From Aquabacterium sp. (GTDB lineage Bacteria > Pseudomonadota > Gammaproteobacteria > Burkholderiales > Burkholderiaceae_C), in contig NZ_JAYRDZ010000005.1 of the NCBI RefSeq assembly GCF_041909175.1, positions 60,417-124,416 on the forward strand: a stretch of DNA of 64,000 nt, written 5' to 3'. A model generated the notes under the pieces. That model was not told where the DNA came from and searched no databases. It saw only the letters and a list, made by a program, of their open reading frames with translations. This document shows positions 1 through 10,467 of the stretch, piece by piece. The position numbers and the translations under genes are program-made. Position 1 is the first letter of the stretch, and each line of letters opens with the position of its first letter.

Positions 1-186
1 GGCAAACGTGTCGCCCTGCACTACGAAGAAAAGGTGGGGCTGCCCACCAGTTGCTTTGGCGATACACGCTACTTCGTCACCCACGTCACCGCGGTGGACG
101 ACATCTCGCTGACGCCGGGTGTGGTGGTGCGCACGACCCCAGCAGGAGGGGCCGCGTCGGCGGCCTCTGCGGCATCGGCACCTTGA
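1..186 (+). CDS. 3' end of a conserved hypothetical protein (truncated by window start)
   Basis: Frame 1 reads GKRVALHYEEKVGLPTSCFGDTRYFVTHV...ASAP with TGA at 184-186; codon usage looks coding. Confidence 0.7.
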   Translation, partial: GKRVALHYEEKVGLPTSCFGDTRYFVTHVTAVDDISLTPGVVVRTTPAGGAASAASAASAP

Positions 187-208
187 GCGCCGAGGCCAGG
201 GTAGCGCG

Positions 209-631
209 TCAGCGAACCAGCAGTACTGGCAGCTTGGTGCGGGCCAGCACCTGGTTGGTGACCGAGCCCATGATCAGGTTCAGGAAGTTGCCGTGGCCGT
301 GCGTGCCCATGATGATCATGTCGCACTTTTCCTTTTCGGCCAGCTTGGAGATCACTTCCGGGGCGTGGCCGGTCTTGCTGACATAGCGGGTGCCCAGGTC
401 ATGCTTGGCCAGGAACTTGCGGATGGGCTTGAAGATGGCGTCGGCCGTGTCGTTGTAATAGCTCTTGAGCTCGTCAGGCGGGAACATCGATGCGGCATTG
501 GGCGGCACCTGGGGCACCACGGTCAGGATGACGAATTCGTGCGGGGCCTTCAGCCATTCTTCGTTGGTGGCCAACCAGGCGAGCATGCGCTTGGTGTATG
601 GGCTGCCGTCAACGGGAAGCAAGATCTTCAT
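209..631 (-). CDS. Universal stress protein (UspA family)
   Basis: N-terminal MKILLPVDGS and C-terminal DMIIMGTHGHG...MGSVTNQVL...PVLLVR; 140 aa. Confidence 0.95.
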   Translation of the reverse strand: MKILLPVDGSPYTKRMLAWLATNEEWLKAPHEFVILTVVPQVPPNAASMFPPDELKSYYNDTADAIFKPIRKFLAKHDLGTRYVSKTGHAPEVISKLAEKEKCDMIIMGTHGHGNFLNLIMGSVTNQVLARTKLPVLLVR

Positions 632-853
632 GGTGTCCTCTTCAATCTTGTATCAGTAGGTGCGAGCACAAGGGCTGGCAACCAAGTGTAGTGCGACTCG
701 GGGCCGAGTCTGCGGGTGAGTCTGTGGGTTTGTTCGGTGCTATAACTTCACCGTTCATTCACAATGCGGCGTCGGTGTGTCACATGGCCCTTGGTCGGTG
801 TGTTCAGAAGGCGCCCCGGGAGCCCTAAGCGCATCAAGCTTTTCCAACGCGCC

Positions 854-2170
854 ATGATGGTGGCCGCGACTGCCACGCTTTTGTCCTTGCTGTCCGCTTG
901 CGGCGGTGGTGGGGGTGGCGGGGGCTCACCTGAGCCCAGCACCTGGTCGGGGTCCAAGCAGTTGGGTGCGGCGGGTGTCAGTACCGATGGTGTTGCGATC
1001 GCCACTGATGCCAGCGGCAATGTGTATGTCGCGGGCACCACGTCTGGCGGGCTGGATGGCAACACCCTGGCAGGCATTTATGATGTGTTTCTCACGAAAT
1101 ACAGTAGCAGTGGTGACAGGAAGTTCACCCGGCAGTTGGGTGTGTCCGGTGGTCAGGCCGTTGGCTACGGTGTCGCGGTCGACGGCAACAACAATGTCTA
1201 TGTCGTGGGTCAATCGAGTGGTGATCTTGATGGGCAGACGCGATTGGGCTCCTACGACGCCTTCCTCATCAAATACAACAGCAGCGGCACGAAGCAGTTC
1301 ACCAAACTGACCGGTGTGGGGGGCGCCGAGACGCGCGCCACGTCCGTTGCTGTAGACGCCAGCAACAATGTGTATGTGGTGGGGTACACCGCCGGTGGAC
1401 TGGATGGCAATACAAGCGCCGGCCATACCGATGTGTTCGTCAGCAAGTACAACAGCAGCGGTGTGAAACAGTACACCAAGCAGTTCGGGGTGTCTGGCTC
1501 CAATACCGAGGGCACGGCGGTGGCACTTGATTCGTCCGGTAACGTCTACGTGGTTGGCGACACCATGGCCGGCCTCAATGGGCAGACCCAGACGGGTGAG
1601 TATGACTTGTTCCTGATGAAGCTCGACAGCAGCGGGAATGCGCTGCTGACCCGCCAGATGGGCTCGACGTCGGGCCGCGTGATGGCCAAATCGGTGGCGA
1701 TTGATGGCAACGGGCGTGTGAATGTAGCCGGTACCACCACCGGTGATTTCGATGGGCACACGCTGGTGGGCTCTCGCGATACCTTCCTCGTGCAGTTCAA
1801 CAGCAGCGGGACGAAGCAGTTTTCGGCAGTGTTGGGCGTGACCGGTTTCGAGGCCATCAATGCGGGCGCGGCGGTTGACAGCAGTGGCAATGTGTATCTG
1901 GCCGGCTATACCTCAGGCGGTCTGGATGGCAATTCTCTGACGGGCTCTGAAGACGCGTTCCTGGCGAAGTTCGACAGCAGTGGCACGAAGCAATTCACCC
2001 TGCAGTTGGGCGTGGTGGGTGTCATCACGCGGGGCTATGCCGTGGCTGTGAACAAATCCAGCGAGGTGTTCATCACCGGCCGCACATCGGGGGGGCTGGA
2101 TGGCAACACCGTGACGGGCTCAGAGGATGCCTTCGTCACGAAGTACAGCAGCGCTGGCGTGCAACAGTGA
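854..2170 (+). CDS. Lipoprotein with seven SBBP-type beta-propeller repeats
   Basis: Lipobox LSAC then Gly tract; seven ~58-aa repeats (AVD.SGNVYV.G.T.G.LDG.T..G..D.FL.KY.SSG). Start uncertain (ORF open from 764). Confidence 0.88.
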   Translation: MMVAATATLLSLLSACGGGGGGGGSPEPSTWSGSKQLGAAGVSTDGVAIATDASGNVYVAGTTSGGLDGNTLAGIYDVFLTKYSSSGDRKFTRQLGVSGGQAVGYGVAVDGNNNVYVVGQSSGDLDGQTRLGSYDAFLIKYNSSGTKQFTKLTGVGGAETRATSVAVDASNNVYVVGYTAGGLDGNTSAGHTDVFVSKYNSSGVKQYTKQFGVSGSNTEGTAVALDSSGNVYVVGDTMAGLNGQTQTGEYDLFLMKLDSSGNALLTRQMGSTSGRVMAKSVAIDGNGRVNVAGTTTGDFDGHTLVGSRDTFLVQFNSSGTKQFSAVLGVTGFEAINAGAAVDSSGNVYLAGYTSGGLDGNSLTGSEDAFLAKFDSSGTKQFTLQLGVVGVITRGYAVAVNKSSEVFITGRTSGGLDGNTVTGSEDAFVTKYSSAGVQQ

Positions 2171-2198
2171 TCAGTGCCTTACCCGAGGCTCGGGGGCG

Positions 2199-2978
2199 TC
2201 AAAGCCTGACGCAGCGCAGGCCGTCGTAGCCGTCGGCCTCGCCCTTGAAACTGTGTCCGCGCGCATTGCTGACGACGCGGGTTTCGCCCTGGGCATGCGC
2301 CACCACATAGTCGTGCCGGCAGTGCAGGTGGCCATGAATCCACAGGGCTGCATGCGGCAAGAGCGCGTCATCGGCATTGCAGAAGCTGGCCGTGCCAGGC
2401 TGGCGTCCATAGCGGGGGTCGGCGCTGCGCAGGCTGGGGCCGAAGTGGGTGATGGCCACGGTCACGTCCCATGGCGTGGCGGCGGTGGGCGCTTCTCGCA
2501 AGGTGTCCGCCAGCCAGGCCCGGCTGGACAGGGCCTCGTCGCGCACGGCCGCAGGGTCGAAGGGCGCACCATGGCGGCTGGCCCGCATCACCCTCACGTA
2601 GTAGCTGGCAGCCCGCATGGCCTTGGCGCGGTGCTGCTCGCCAAAGAGATCAAAGTCTGACCAGCGCGTGGTGCCCACAAAGCGCACCCGTCGGCCATCC
2701 GGCGCGTTGAGGATGCAGTGGTCACGCTCCAGCATGATCAGGCCCAGCTCGGCACAGCGTGTGCGCAGGCCGGCCAGTGCTTCGTCCACATCGCGCTGGT
2801 CGAACTCGTGGTTGCCTGGCACATAGAGCACGGGCACAGGCCAGTTGGCAAACAGGCTGAGCCCTTGCCAGGTGCTGTCGACGTCACCTGCCACGACGAG
2901 CACATCGGCCCCCGGGGCGGGCTCGGGTTGGAACACCTCGGTTTCGAGGTGCAGGTCCGACAGGATCTGGATGTTCAA
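2199..2978 (-). CDS. Metallophosphoesterase (calcineurin-like)
   Basis: SDLHLE, AGD, GNHE and HGHLH motifs. Confidence 0.92.
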   Translation of the reverse strand: MNIQILSDLHLETEVFQPEPAPGADVLVVAGDVDSTWQGLSLFANWPVPVLYVPGNHEFDQRDVDEALAGLRTRCAELGLIMLERDHCILNAPDGRRVRFVGTTRWSDFDLFGEQHRAKAMRAASYYVRVMRASRHGAPFDPAAVRDEALSSRAWLADTLREAPTAATPWDVTVAITHFGPSLRSADPRYGRQPGTASFCNADDALLPHAALWIHGHLHCRHDYVVAHAQGETRVVSNARGHSFKGEADGYDGLRCVRL

Positions 2979-2985
2979 GCTGGAC

Positions 2986-3705
2986 TCAGTCCTTGCCGTG
3001 GCACTGCTTGAACTTCTTGCCGCTGCCGCAAGGGCAGGGGTCGTTGCGGCCCACCTTGGGCTGTTCGTGCTTCACGGTGGTGACCTTGTGGCGCTCGGCA
3101 ATGCCGACCTGAGCCAGGTCGACCACGTCGAACACCAGCGCCTGGATGGCTTCATCCAGATTGCGCAGCGGGTGTTCCTGGTCAAGTGCCTTGGTCATCT
3201 CACGCTGGGTTTCGTCCTGATCGGGCAGGTGGCGCCAGATCGAGTCCAGCAGATCGGGCACGCCAGCGGCGCCGAGGTCTTCCAGTTGCGGGAAGTTGGC
3301 CAGCGCCCACTCGAAGCCGGCAGACCAGTAGCCCAGGCCTTCGAGCGCATCCTTGCCGGTCAGCAGGTTGCCTTCTTCGTCTTCCAGCTGCGGCACGATC
3401 GGGTCGAACCAGCCTTCTTCCAGAATGCCACGCAGCACTTCGTCCTTGCGGCGCTGGATCAGGGCCAGCAGACGGCTGTGCTGGGCTTCGGTCCAGCCGT
3501 TTTGGCCTGGCACCGGCAAGCCGGCTTCGCCAAAGATGGGCGGCAGCCACTGCTCGGGTTCGATCTGGATCGGTTGCACGATCACGCCGGCCAGGTAGCC
3601 ATCCAGCATCACGGCGTCGACCGCTTCATGCGGTGCGGGCACGGCTTCGAGCAGCGTGTCCAGTTCGTTGATTTCGGCGTCGGAGAGCTTGGGGGTGGGC
3701 TTCAT
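2986..3705 (-). CDS. UPF0149/YecA-family protein with C-terminal SEC-C motif
   Basis: LDGYLAGV...WLPPIFG core and [21 protein letters not shown] tail. Confidence 0.92.
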   Translation of the reverse strand: MKPTPKLSDAEINELDTLLEAVPAPHEAVDAVMLDGYLAGVIVQPIQIEPEQWLPPIFGEAGLPVPGQNGWTEAQHSRLLALIQRRKDEVLRGILEEGWFDPIVPQLEDEEGNLLTGKDALEGLGYWSAGFEWALANFPQLEDLGAAGVPDLLDSIWRHLPDQDETQREMTKALDQEHPLRNLDEAIQALVFDVVDLAQVGIAERHKVTTVKHEQPKVGRNDPCPCGSGKKFKQCHGKD

Positions 3706-3822
3706 GGATCGGTCTGGCGCGGTGGCGCCCGAAAAAGGTGTGCAAGACCGCCATTGTGCCGGCAACGGGGCAGTGTGGTGCGTCTGCCCCAGTTCGGGGC
3801 CATGTTGCCCCGCTTCAGGGAA

Positions 3823-4566
3823 TCAGAACTCGACGTCGAGTTCGTCGATGTTGTCGATCTGTTCCGCCTTGGCGGCCTTGATCCACTCTTTCATTTCGGG
3901 CTGGCCCAGCATGGTGTTGCAGTAGGCCCGGCACACCGGGTCGAGCTTGACGTCGTAGGTGGTGAAGCGGGTGCAGACCGGTGCGTACATCGCGTCCGCG
4001 ATGGTGCGTTGCGAACCAAACAGGAAGGGGCCGCCATAGGCGTCCAGGCAATCACGCCAGATGGTGCAGATGCGGTCGATATCGGCTTGGGCGCGCGACC
4101 AGATCTTGAAGCCGGGGAAGTGCCCCCGCAGGTTCATGGGCAGGGACGAGCGCAGGGCGGAGAAGCCCGAGTGCATTTCGCCGGAAATGGCGCGGCACAA
4201 GGCGCGGGCCTGCGGGTCGGCTGGCAGCAGGTGGGCGTCCGGGCAGGTTTCGTTGAGGTACTCGGCGATGGCCAGGGTGTCCCATACCTTGATGCCCTTG
4301 TGGGTGAGTGCCGGCACCAGAATGGACGAGGACAGCAGCAGGATTTCGGCCCGGGTGCTGGGGTCGTCTGGCGGCAGCACGTGCTCGGTGAAGTCGAGGC
4401 CTGCAAATCGGGCCAGCAGCCAGCCGCGCAGCGACCAAGACGAGTAGTTCTTGCTGGTGATGGTGAGGGTGGCGTCGCTCGGAACAGGGGGCTTGGCCTT
4501 GGGAGCCGGCGCCTTGGCCGTCGGGGTCTTGGCGGAACGGGGGCGCGTGGGGGCGGTGGTGGCCAT
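3823..4566 (-). CDS. Glutathione S-transferase family protein
   Basis: SKNYSSWSLRGWL, VPAL, WDTLAIAEYL, EMHSGF and TIADAMYAPV. Confidence 0.93.
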   Translation of the reverse strand: MATTAPTRPRSAKTPTAKAPAPKAKPPVPSDATLTITSKNYSSWSLRGWLLARFAGLDFTEHVLPPDDPSTRAEILLLSSSILVPALTHKGIKVWDTLAIAEYLNETCPDAHLLPADPQARALCRAISGEMHSGFSALRSSLPMNLRGHFPGFKIWSRAQADIDRICTIWRDCLDAYGGPFLFGSQRTIADAMYAPVCTRFTTYDVKLDPVCRAYCNTMLGQPEMKEWIKAAKAEQIDNIDELDVEF

Positions 4567-4680
4567 GGCGGTCGGTTCGTGCTGCGACAAAAGGTAAAAC
4601 CCGAAATGCAAGGCACGTGCCATGTCGAATGTGGCGCGTAACTTGCTGGTCCTGTCCTGAATTCCTCACAGGACCTGTGC

Positions 4681-5931
4681 ATGTTGTATTCAAGCTATCA
4701 GGCCCAGCACACGATGCTGGAACCCTGGCGTGTCATGGCCCGCGGCGTATCCGACTGGATCCATCAGATCCTGCCGGACGGCCCCAGTCAGCCGACCCCG
4801 CATGAACTGGCTGCGGGGGGCATGTTTGCCCGCAGCGTGGCCGCGGTCAACGATGTCTTTTCGCAATTGGGCATGACGCATGCCCGTCCGTCCTACCAGA
4901 TCGAGTCGGTGGTCTCACAGGGCATGACGTGTGGCATCACCGAAGAGCCGGTGTTGGTCACCCCCTTCGGGACCTTGCTGCATTTCCGCAAGGACCGCGA
5001 CCTGGAGCAGCCGCGGGTGCTGCTGGTGGCGCCCATGTCAGGGCACTTCGCCACCTTGCTGCGTGACACGGTGCGTACCCTGCTGCAGGACCACGATGTG
5101 TACATCACCGATTGGCACAACGCCCGCGATGTGCCCCTCAAGCACGGTCGCTTCGGTCTGGACGAGTACACCGAACACCTGATCCGCTTTCTGGAGCGCA
5201 TGGGCCCGGGCTCGCACATGGTGGCTATTTGCCAGCCCTGTGTGGCAGCGCTGGCCGCCACCGCGCTGATGGCGCAGGACGCCCACCCGGCCCAACCCCG
5301 CAGCCTGACCTTGATGGCCGGGCCGGTTGATTGCCGCGTGAACCCCACCGGCGTCAACGAACTGGCAACCAGCAAGTCGATCGACTGGTTCCGCGAGAAC
5401 ATGATCTACACGGTGCCGCTGGGCCAACGTGGTGCGTTCCGCAAGGTCTACCCGGGTTTCGTGCAGGTGTCGGCCTTCATGAGCATGAACATGGAGCGCC
5501 ACATCAAGGCCTTCCAGGACATGTATGTGGCCTTGTCGGAAGGGGACCATGCCAAGGCCCGTCACACACGCGATTTCTACGAAGAGTATTTCGCGGTGAG
5601 CGACCTGCCGGCCGAGTTCTATCTGGAAACGGTCGAGAAGGTGTTCCAGACTTACGACTTGCCGCGTGGCGTGCTGGCCTGGCGCGACACCGTGGTCGAC
5701 CCGAAGGCCATTCGCCGCACGGCGCTGTTCACGGTCGAAGGGGAGCGCGACGACATCTGTTCGGTCGGGCAGACGGTGGCGGCGCAGGACCTGTGCACCG
5801 CGGTGCGCCCCTACTGGCGCAACCACCATGTGCAGACGGGTGTGGGCCACTATGGGGTCTTCAGTGGCCGCCGCTGGCAAAACGAGATCTACCCGCGTGT
5901 GCGGGATGTGATCCACCAGACGGCTGTCTGA
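4681..5931 (+). CDS. phaZ: Intracellular polyhydroxyalkanoate depolymerase
   Basis: LVAPMSGHFATLLR, YITDWHNARDVP, VAICQPCV (Cys nucleophile), EGERDDI and GHYGVFSG. Confidence 0.92.
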   Translation: MLYSSYQAQHTMLEPWRVMARGVSDWIHQILPDGPSQPTPHELAAGGMFARSVAAVNDVFSQLGMTHARPSYQIESVVSQGMTCGITEEPVLVTPFGTLLHFRKDRDLEQPRVLLVAPMSGHFATLLRDTVRTLLQDHDVYITDWHNARDVPLKHGRFGLDEYTEHLIRFLERMGPGSHMVAICQPCVAALAATALMAQDAHPAQPRSLTLMAGPVDCRVNPTGVNELATSKSIDWFRENMIYTVPLGQRGAFRKVYPGFVQVSAFMSMNMERHIKAFQDMYVALSEGDHAKARHTRDFYEEYFAVSDLPAEFYLETVEKVFQTYDLPRGVLAWRDTVVDPKAIRRTALFTVEGERDDICSVGQTVAAQDLCTAVRPYWRNHHVQTGVGHYGVFSGRRWQNEIYPRVRDVIHQTAV

Positions 5932-5957
5932 GCGTTAACCGCCTGGTGGGGCAAGGT

Positions 5958-7856
5958 TCAGTTGCCTCGCTGGACGACGTCCTTGATGTGCTGCAGGGCG
6001 GTTGGGTCTTCCAGTGTGGTGAGGTCGCCCGTGTCGCGGCCTTCGCACACCGCCAGCATGGCGCGGCGCAGCAGCTTGCCCGAGCGGGTCTTGGGCAAGG
6101 CGTTGACGAAGTGCACGCGCGCCGGGCGGGCCACGGCCCCCAACTGGCTGTCGACCGTGTGCATCACGTCCTTTTCCAGGGCCTGGCGGTCGGCATCGCT
6201 GGCCACGCGGGCGGGGTCGCGCACCACCACGAAGGCATGGGCGACCTGGCCCTTGAGGCTGTCCGCCACCCCGACCACGGCCACTTCGGCCACACCGGCA
6301 TGGCTGCTGATGGCCTCTTCGATTTCACGGGTGCCCAGGCGGTGGCCGGCCACGTTGATCACGTCGTCGGTGCGCCCCAGGATGAAGTAGAAGCCGTCGG
6401 CATCGCGGATGCCCCAGTCGAAGGTGTTGTAGACCTGACGCTTGAAGGTGCTCCAGTAGGTCTTTACGAAGCGGGCATCGTCACCCCAGACGGTTTGCAG
6501 GCAACCGGGGGGCAGCGGGCCCTCGATGGTCAGCACACCCTTCTGATTGGGCTCGGTCAGGTCTTCGCCAGTGAGGTCGTTGAGCAGCTTGACGTTGTAG
6601 CCCAGCATGGGCACGCCGGGTGAGCCAAAGCGGGTGGGTTGATCCGGCTGCACACCGCGGGCCACGCTCAGGATGGGCCAGCCGGTTTCCGTCTGCCAGT
6701 AGTTGTCGATGATGGGCTTGCCGATGGCATCGGCGATCCAGCGGGCGGTGGGCTCATCGAGCGGCTCACCCGCCAGGAACAGATGCTTGAGCGAGGACAA
6801 ATCGTGGCGCTTGAGGCACTCCGGGTCCTGCTTCTTGAGCACACGGATGGCCGTGGGTGCCGAGAACATCACGCTGACCCTGTACTTCTCGACCATGGAC
6901 CACCAGATGGCGGCATCAGGACGGATCGGCAGGCCTTCGTAGACGATGGTGGCCATGCCGGAGATCAGCGGGCCATAGACGATGTAGCTGTGGCCCACCA
7001 CCCAGCCGATGTCGCTGGTGCACAGGAAGGTTTCACCTGGCTTGCCGCAGTAGATCTGCTCCATGGAGGCCGCCAGCGCCACGGCATAGCCGCCGGTGTC
7101 ACGCTGCACGCCCTTGGGCTTGCCGGTGGTGCCACTGGTGTAGAGGGTGTAGCTGGGGTGGGTCGAATCCACCCACTCGCAGGGCACCTGCGCATCCATG
7201 TGAGCGGCACGCGCTTCGGCATAGTCGACATCGCGCGGGCTGAGCATGGTGGCTTCAGCCAGGCCGCGGTTGACCATCAGCACCCGCTCTACCTTGTGGG
7301 CAGACAGTTGCAGGGCTTCGTCGAGCAAGGGCTTGTAGGGCACCACCTTGCCGCCGCGTGAGCCCGCGTCGGCAGACACCACCACCTTCGGTGTGGCGTC
7401 TTCGATGCGGCTGGCCAGCGAGTGGCTGGCAAAGCCGCCAAACACCACCGAGTGGATGGCGCCCAGCCGCACCGTGGCGAGCATGGCCACCACGGCTTCG
7501 GAAATCATGGGCATGTAGATCAGCACCCGGTCACCCTTGCGCACGCCGAGGCTTTGCAGGATGGCTGCCATGCGCTGCACTTCGACGTGCAACTGGGCGT
7601 AGGTGAGGATCTCTTCCTTGCCGGTTTCGGTTGAAACGTGGATCAGCGCGGGCTGGTCGGGGCGCGCGGCCACATGCCGGTCGACGGCGTTGTGGCACAG
7701 ATTGGTCTGCCCCCCTGCGAACCAGCGCGCAAACGGCGGTTCGCTGTAGTCGCATACCGTGTCGAAAGGGCGGTGCCAGTCGATGCGCTTGGCTTGCTCA
7801 CCCCAAAAGCCGTCGCGGTCATGGATGGAGCGACGGTACAGTTCTTCGTAGTTCAT
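5958..7856 (-). CDS. prpE: Propionyl-CoA synthetase
   Basis: LYTSGTTGKPKGVQRDTGGY, DNYWQTETG, GRTDDVINVAGHRLG and PKTRSGK; acyl-CoA synthetase family, PrpE assignment by VQRDTGGY. Confidence 0.88.
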   Translation of the reverse strand: MNYEELYRRSIHDRDGFWGEQAKRIDWHRPFDTVCDYSEPPFARWFAGGQTNLCHNAVDRHVAARPDQPALIHVSTETGKEEILTYAQLHVEVQRMAAILQSLGVRKGDRVLIYMPMISEAVVAMLATVRLGAIHSVVFGGFASHSLASRIEDATPKVVVSADAGSRGGKVVPYKPLLDEALQLSAHKVERVLMVNRGLAEATMLSPRDVDYAEARAAHMDAQVPCEWVDSTHPSYTLYTSGTTGKPKGVQRDTGGYAVALAASMEQIYCGKPGETFLCTSDIGWVVGHSYIVYGPLISGMATIVYEGLPIRPDAAIWWSMVEKYRVSVMFSAPTAIRVLKKQDPECLKRHDLSSLKHLFLAGEPLDEPTARWIADAIGKPIIDNYWQTETGWPILSVARGVQPDQPTRFGSPGVPMLGYNVKLLNDLTGEDLTEPNQKGVLTIEGPLPPGCLQTVWGDDARFVKTYWSTFKRQVYNTFDWGIRDADGFYFILGRTDDVINVAGHRLGTREIEEAISSHAGVAEVAVVGVADSLKGQVAHAFVVVRDPARVASDADRQALEKDVMHTVDSQLGAVARPARVHFVNALPKTRSGKLLRRAMLAVCEGRDTGDLTTLEDPTALQHIKDVVQRGN

Positions 7857-8034
7857 GGCGTCTCCTCGGTCGCTCTTGCGGCCGAACAGACTGCTCATGA
7901 CACCTGCCCGACTTCCTGCTTTGGCGAACCTTGCTTTGATGTCCGCATCGTAGGAGGAACAACCCTGAGTCTGTCAGGGGGTTTGCCCGGGGTTTTGTAT
8001 AGGATTTTCGGACTACTGGGGTGTCCGGACGGGG

Positions 8035-8220
8035 TCAGATGAACATGGCACCGCGTCGCAGCACCAGGGCGCCGAGCACCACCAGGATCGCCACCACCAG
8101 CCATTTCAGCAGGGCCTTGCTGGCCCGCTGCCACAGTGCGTCGCCGGTGAGTTGATGCAGCAATTTGCTCAGCAGCACACCCAAGGCGAGCAGGGCCAAT
8201 GCCCGATACAGCAAGCCCAT
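8035..8220 (-). CDS. Small two-TM membrane protein downstream of lpxC
   Basis: MGLLYRALALLALGVLL...LKWLVVAILVVLGALVLRR; starts 13 nt after the lpxC stop. Confidence 0.65.
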   Translation of the reverse strand: MGLLYRALALLALGVLLSKLLHQLTGDALWQRASKALLKWLVVAILVVLGALVLRRGAMFI

Positions 8221-8233
8221 GTGTCCGCCGGGC

Positions 8234-9169
8234 TTACCAGGCCGGGGCCAGTTCGGCCATGCCGCGAGGCGCCCGGGCTTCGTCCTCGAAGGTGACGATG
8301 TCGTAGGCCGTGCTGTCCGCCAGCAGTGCGCGCAGCAGCACGTTGTTGAGCGCATGGCCCGACTTGAAGGCGGTGTAGCTGGCCAGCAGGGCGTGGCCGG
8401 CCACGTACAGGTCGCCAATCGCATCGAGGATCTTGTGCTTCACGAATTCATCGTCGTAGCGCAGGCCATCGCTGTTGAGCACCCGGTAGTCATCCACCAC
8501 GATGGCGTTGTCCATGCTGGCGCCCAGGCCCAGGCCTCGCGCACGCATGGTTTCCACATCCTTGGTGAAACCGAAGGTGCGGGCGCGGGCAATGTCGCGC
8601 TTGTACTGGCCGGTGCTGAAGTCGAACTCGACCCGCTGGCCAGTCTGGTCGACCGCCGGATGGTCAAAATCGATCTCGAAGGTGAGCTTGTAGCCGTGAT
8701 ACGGCTCCAGGCGGGCCCATTTCAGAGCGCGGCCTTCGCCTTCGCGCACCTCCACGGGCTTGAGCACCCGGATGAAGCGCTTGGGCGCCTTCTGCAGCTC
8801 GATGCCGGCGCTCTGGAGCAGGTAGACAAAGGCAGCAGACGAGCCATCGAGGATGGGTACTTCTTCGGCCGTGATGTCGATGTAGACATTGTCGAGCCCC
8901 AGCCCGGCACAAGCCGACATCAGGTGCTCGATGGTGTTGACCTTCGGGGCGCCTGGGTCACCACCGGGCGAGATGGTTGTCGCCATGCGGGTGTCACACA
9001 CCGTCTTGGCATTGACCGGGATGTCGACCGGATTGGGCAGGTCGACACGACGGAACACGATGCCGGTGTCGGCGGGCGCGGGGCGCAGCGTCAGTTCGAC
9101 GCGCTGGCCACTGTGCAGGCCAACGCCAACGGCGCGGGTCAATGATTTGAGGGTGCGTTGTTGCAGCAT
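8234..9169 (-). CDS. lpxC: UDP-3-O-acyl-N-acetylglucosamine deacetylase
   Basis: [41 protein letters not shown] and [10 protein letters not shown]. Confidence 0.97.
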   Translation of the reverse strand: MLQQRTLKSLTRAVGVGLHSGQRVELTLRPAPADTGIVFRRVDLPNPVDIPVNAKTVCDTRMATTISPGGDPGAPKVNTIEHLMSACAGLGLDNVYIDITAEEVPILDGSSAAFVYLLQSAGIELQKAPKRFIRVLKPVEVREGEGRALKWARLEPYHGYKLTFEIDFDHPAVDQTGQRVEFDFSTGQYKRDIARARTFGFTKDVETMRARGLGLGASMDNAIVVDDYRVLNSDGLRYDDEFVKHKILDAIGDLYVAGHALLASYTAFKSGHALNNVLLRALLADSTAYDIVTFEDEARAPRGMAELAPAW

Positions 9170-9254
9170 GGGCAGCATTATCCGGTTTTGCACCAATCTT
9201 GGGTGTTCCCAGGGGCTTTCATTGCACGGATTTGCTTGTCGGCAGCCTTTCTTT

Positions 9255-10448
9255 TCAGAGCGTATGGGTGCGGTCGCCCTCGTCGAAGCCGATGGCATCG
9301 AACCACTCACCCTTGACGAAGCCGATCACCTTGAACAGTTCGCCCATCTCGTGCTCGGTGAGCAGCATCTGCACGGCTGCGCGTGTCTTGAAGTCTGCGG
9401 CCGAGGTGCTTTCCGGCTGTCCTGCCGTGCCCATCTGGGCCAGCAGCCCGCAATTGATCAGAAAACGCGCCTGCGTGGTGTAGCCGAGCACTTCCCAGCC
9501 ACCTTCCTGTCCGGCCAGGGCAATGCCGGTGAAGTTCACATGGGTGGTGATGTCCTTTTCGCCCACGTGGGTCAGCGGGTCAGGGTCACTCTGGTGCAGG
9601 TGGTGGCACATGATCGTGCCGCCGATGCGCTGGGGCAGGTAGTACTCAGCTTCCGGGAAGCCGTAGTCGATGAAGAACGCGGCGCCGCGCGTCATCATGC
9701 TGGCCAGAGTGGAGATGAAGGCTTCGGCTTCGCCGTGGCTTTCCACCACGGTGCCGGGCACGAACTCGGCATCGGTGTGTTCGGTGCTGGGGCGTGCCCC
9801 TTCAGGCGCCGGCTGGTCCACCCAGGCAAACACAGGGGCTTCCGGGGTGTCCTCGGGGGCCAAGCCCACGCCGCGTTCCTGCCATTGTTCGCCACTCCAG
9901 CGCAGCAGGTGCACCGGCATGGCGTCGAGCACCTCGTTGCCCACGACCACGCCTTCCAGCGTCTCGGGCAGGCTGTCGGCCCAGACCACCTTGTGGACCA
10001 GCTCAGGCAGGGCTTTGCGCAACCGCTGGTGCTGGCGGTCACGCAAGGTGCCGGACACATCCAGAATCGTGTAGCGGCGGATGCGGCTGCCCAAGGTCCC
10101 CAGCAACTGCTCGGCCAGGGCCCCTGAGCCCGCGCCAAATTCCCAGACCTCGTCGGTTCCGGTGGCATCCAGCGCCTGCTCGACCTGTTTGGCCAGCGTC
10201 TGGCCGAACAAGGGGGTCAGTTCGGGGGCGGTGACGAAATCGCTGCCATCTTCCGGGGTACGGCCCAGAATGCGGCGACCACCGCTGTAGTAGCCCAGAC
10301 CGGGGGCATACAGGGCAAGCTCCATGAAGCGCTCGAAGCGCATCCACCCACGGCGCTCGATGATCTCGTCGCGGATCATGCGGGCCAGGGGGTGTGGATT
10401 GAGGGGGGCGGCCACTACACTGTGGTCCTTGGATTCTGGGCGATGCAT
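9255..10448 (-). CDS. SAM-dependent methyltransferase, MidA/NDUFAF7 family
   Basis: [37 protein letters not shown] and DITTHVNF; start uncertain. Confidence 0.92.
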   Translation of the reverse strand: MHRPESKDHSVVAAPLNPHPLARMIRDEIIERRGWMRFERFMELALYAPGLGYYSGGRRILGRTPEDGSDFVTAPELTPLFGQTLAKQVEQALDATGTDEVWEFGAGSGALAEQLLGTLGSRIRRYTILDVSGTLRDRQHQRLRKALPELVHKVVWADSLPETLEGVVVGNEVLDAMPVHLLRWSGEQWQERGVGLAPEDTPEAPVFAWVDQPAPEGARPSTEHTDAEFVPGTVVESHGEAEAFISTLASMMTRGAAFFIDYGFPEAEYYLPQRIGGTIMCHHLHQSDPDPLTHVGEKDITTHVNFTGIALAGQEGGWEVLGYTTQARFLINCGLLAQMGTAGQPESTSAADFKTRAAVQMLLTEHEMGELFKVIGFVKGEWFDAIGFDEGDRTHTL

Positions 10449-10467
10449 CCCTTATTGTAGAAAGTTC

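Noticed and set aside
2845-4641. 598-aa plus-strand ORF, and similar long ORFs at 17631-19037, 24795-26045, 30166-31572 and 60713-61984
   Set aside because: Antisense shadows of well-supported genes; typical of GC-rich DNA and without motifs
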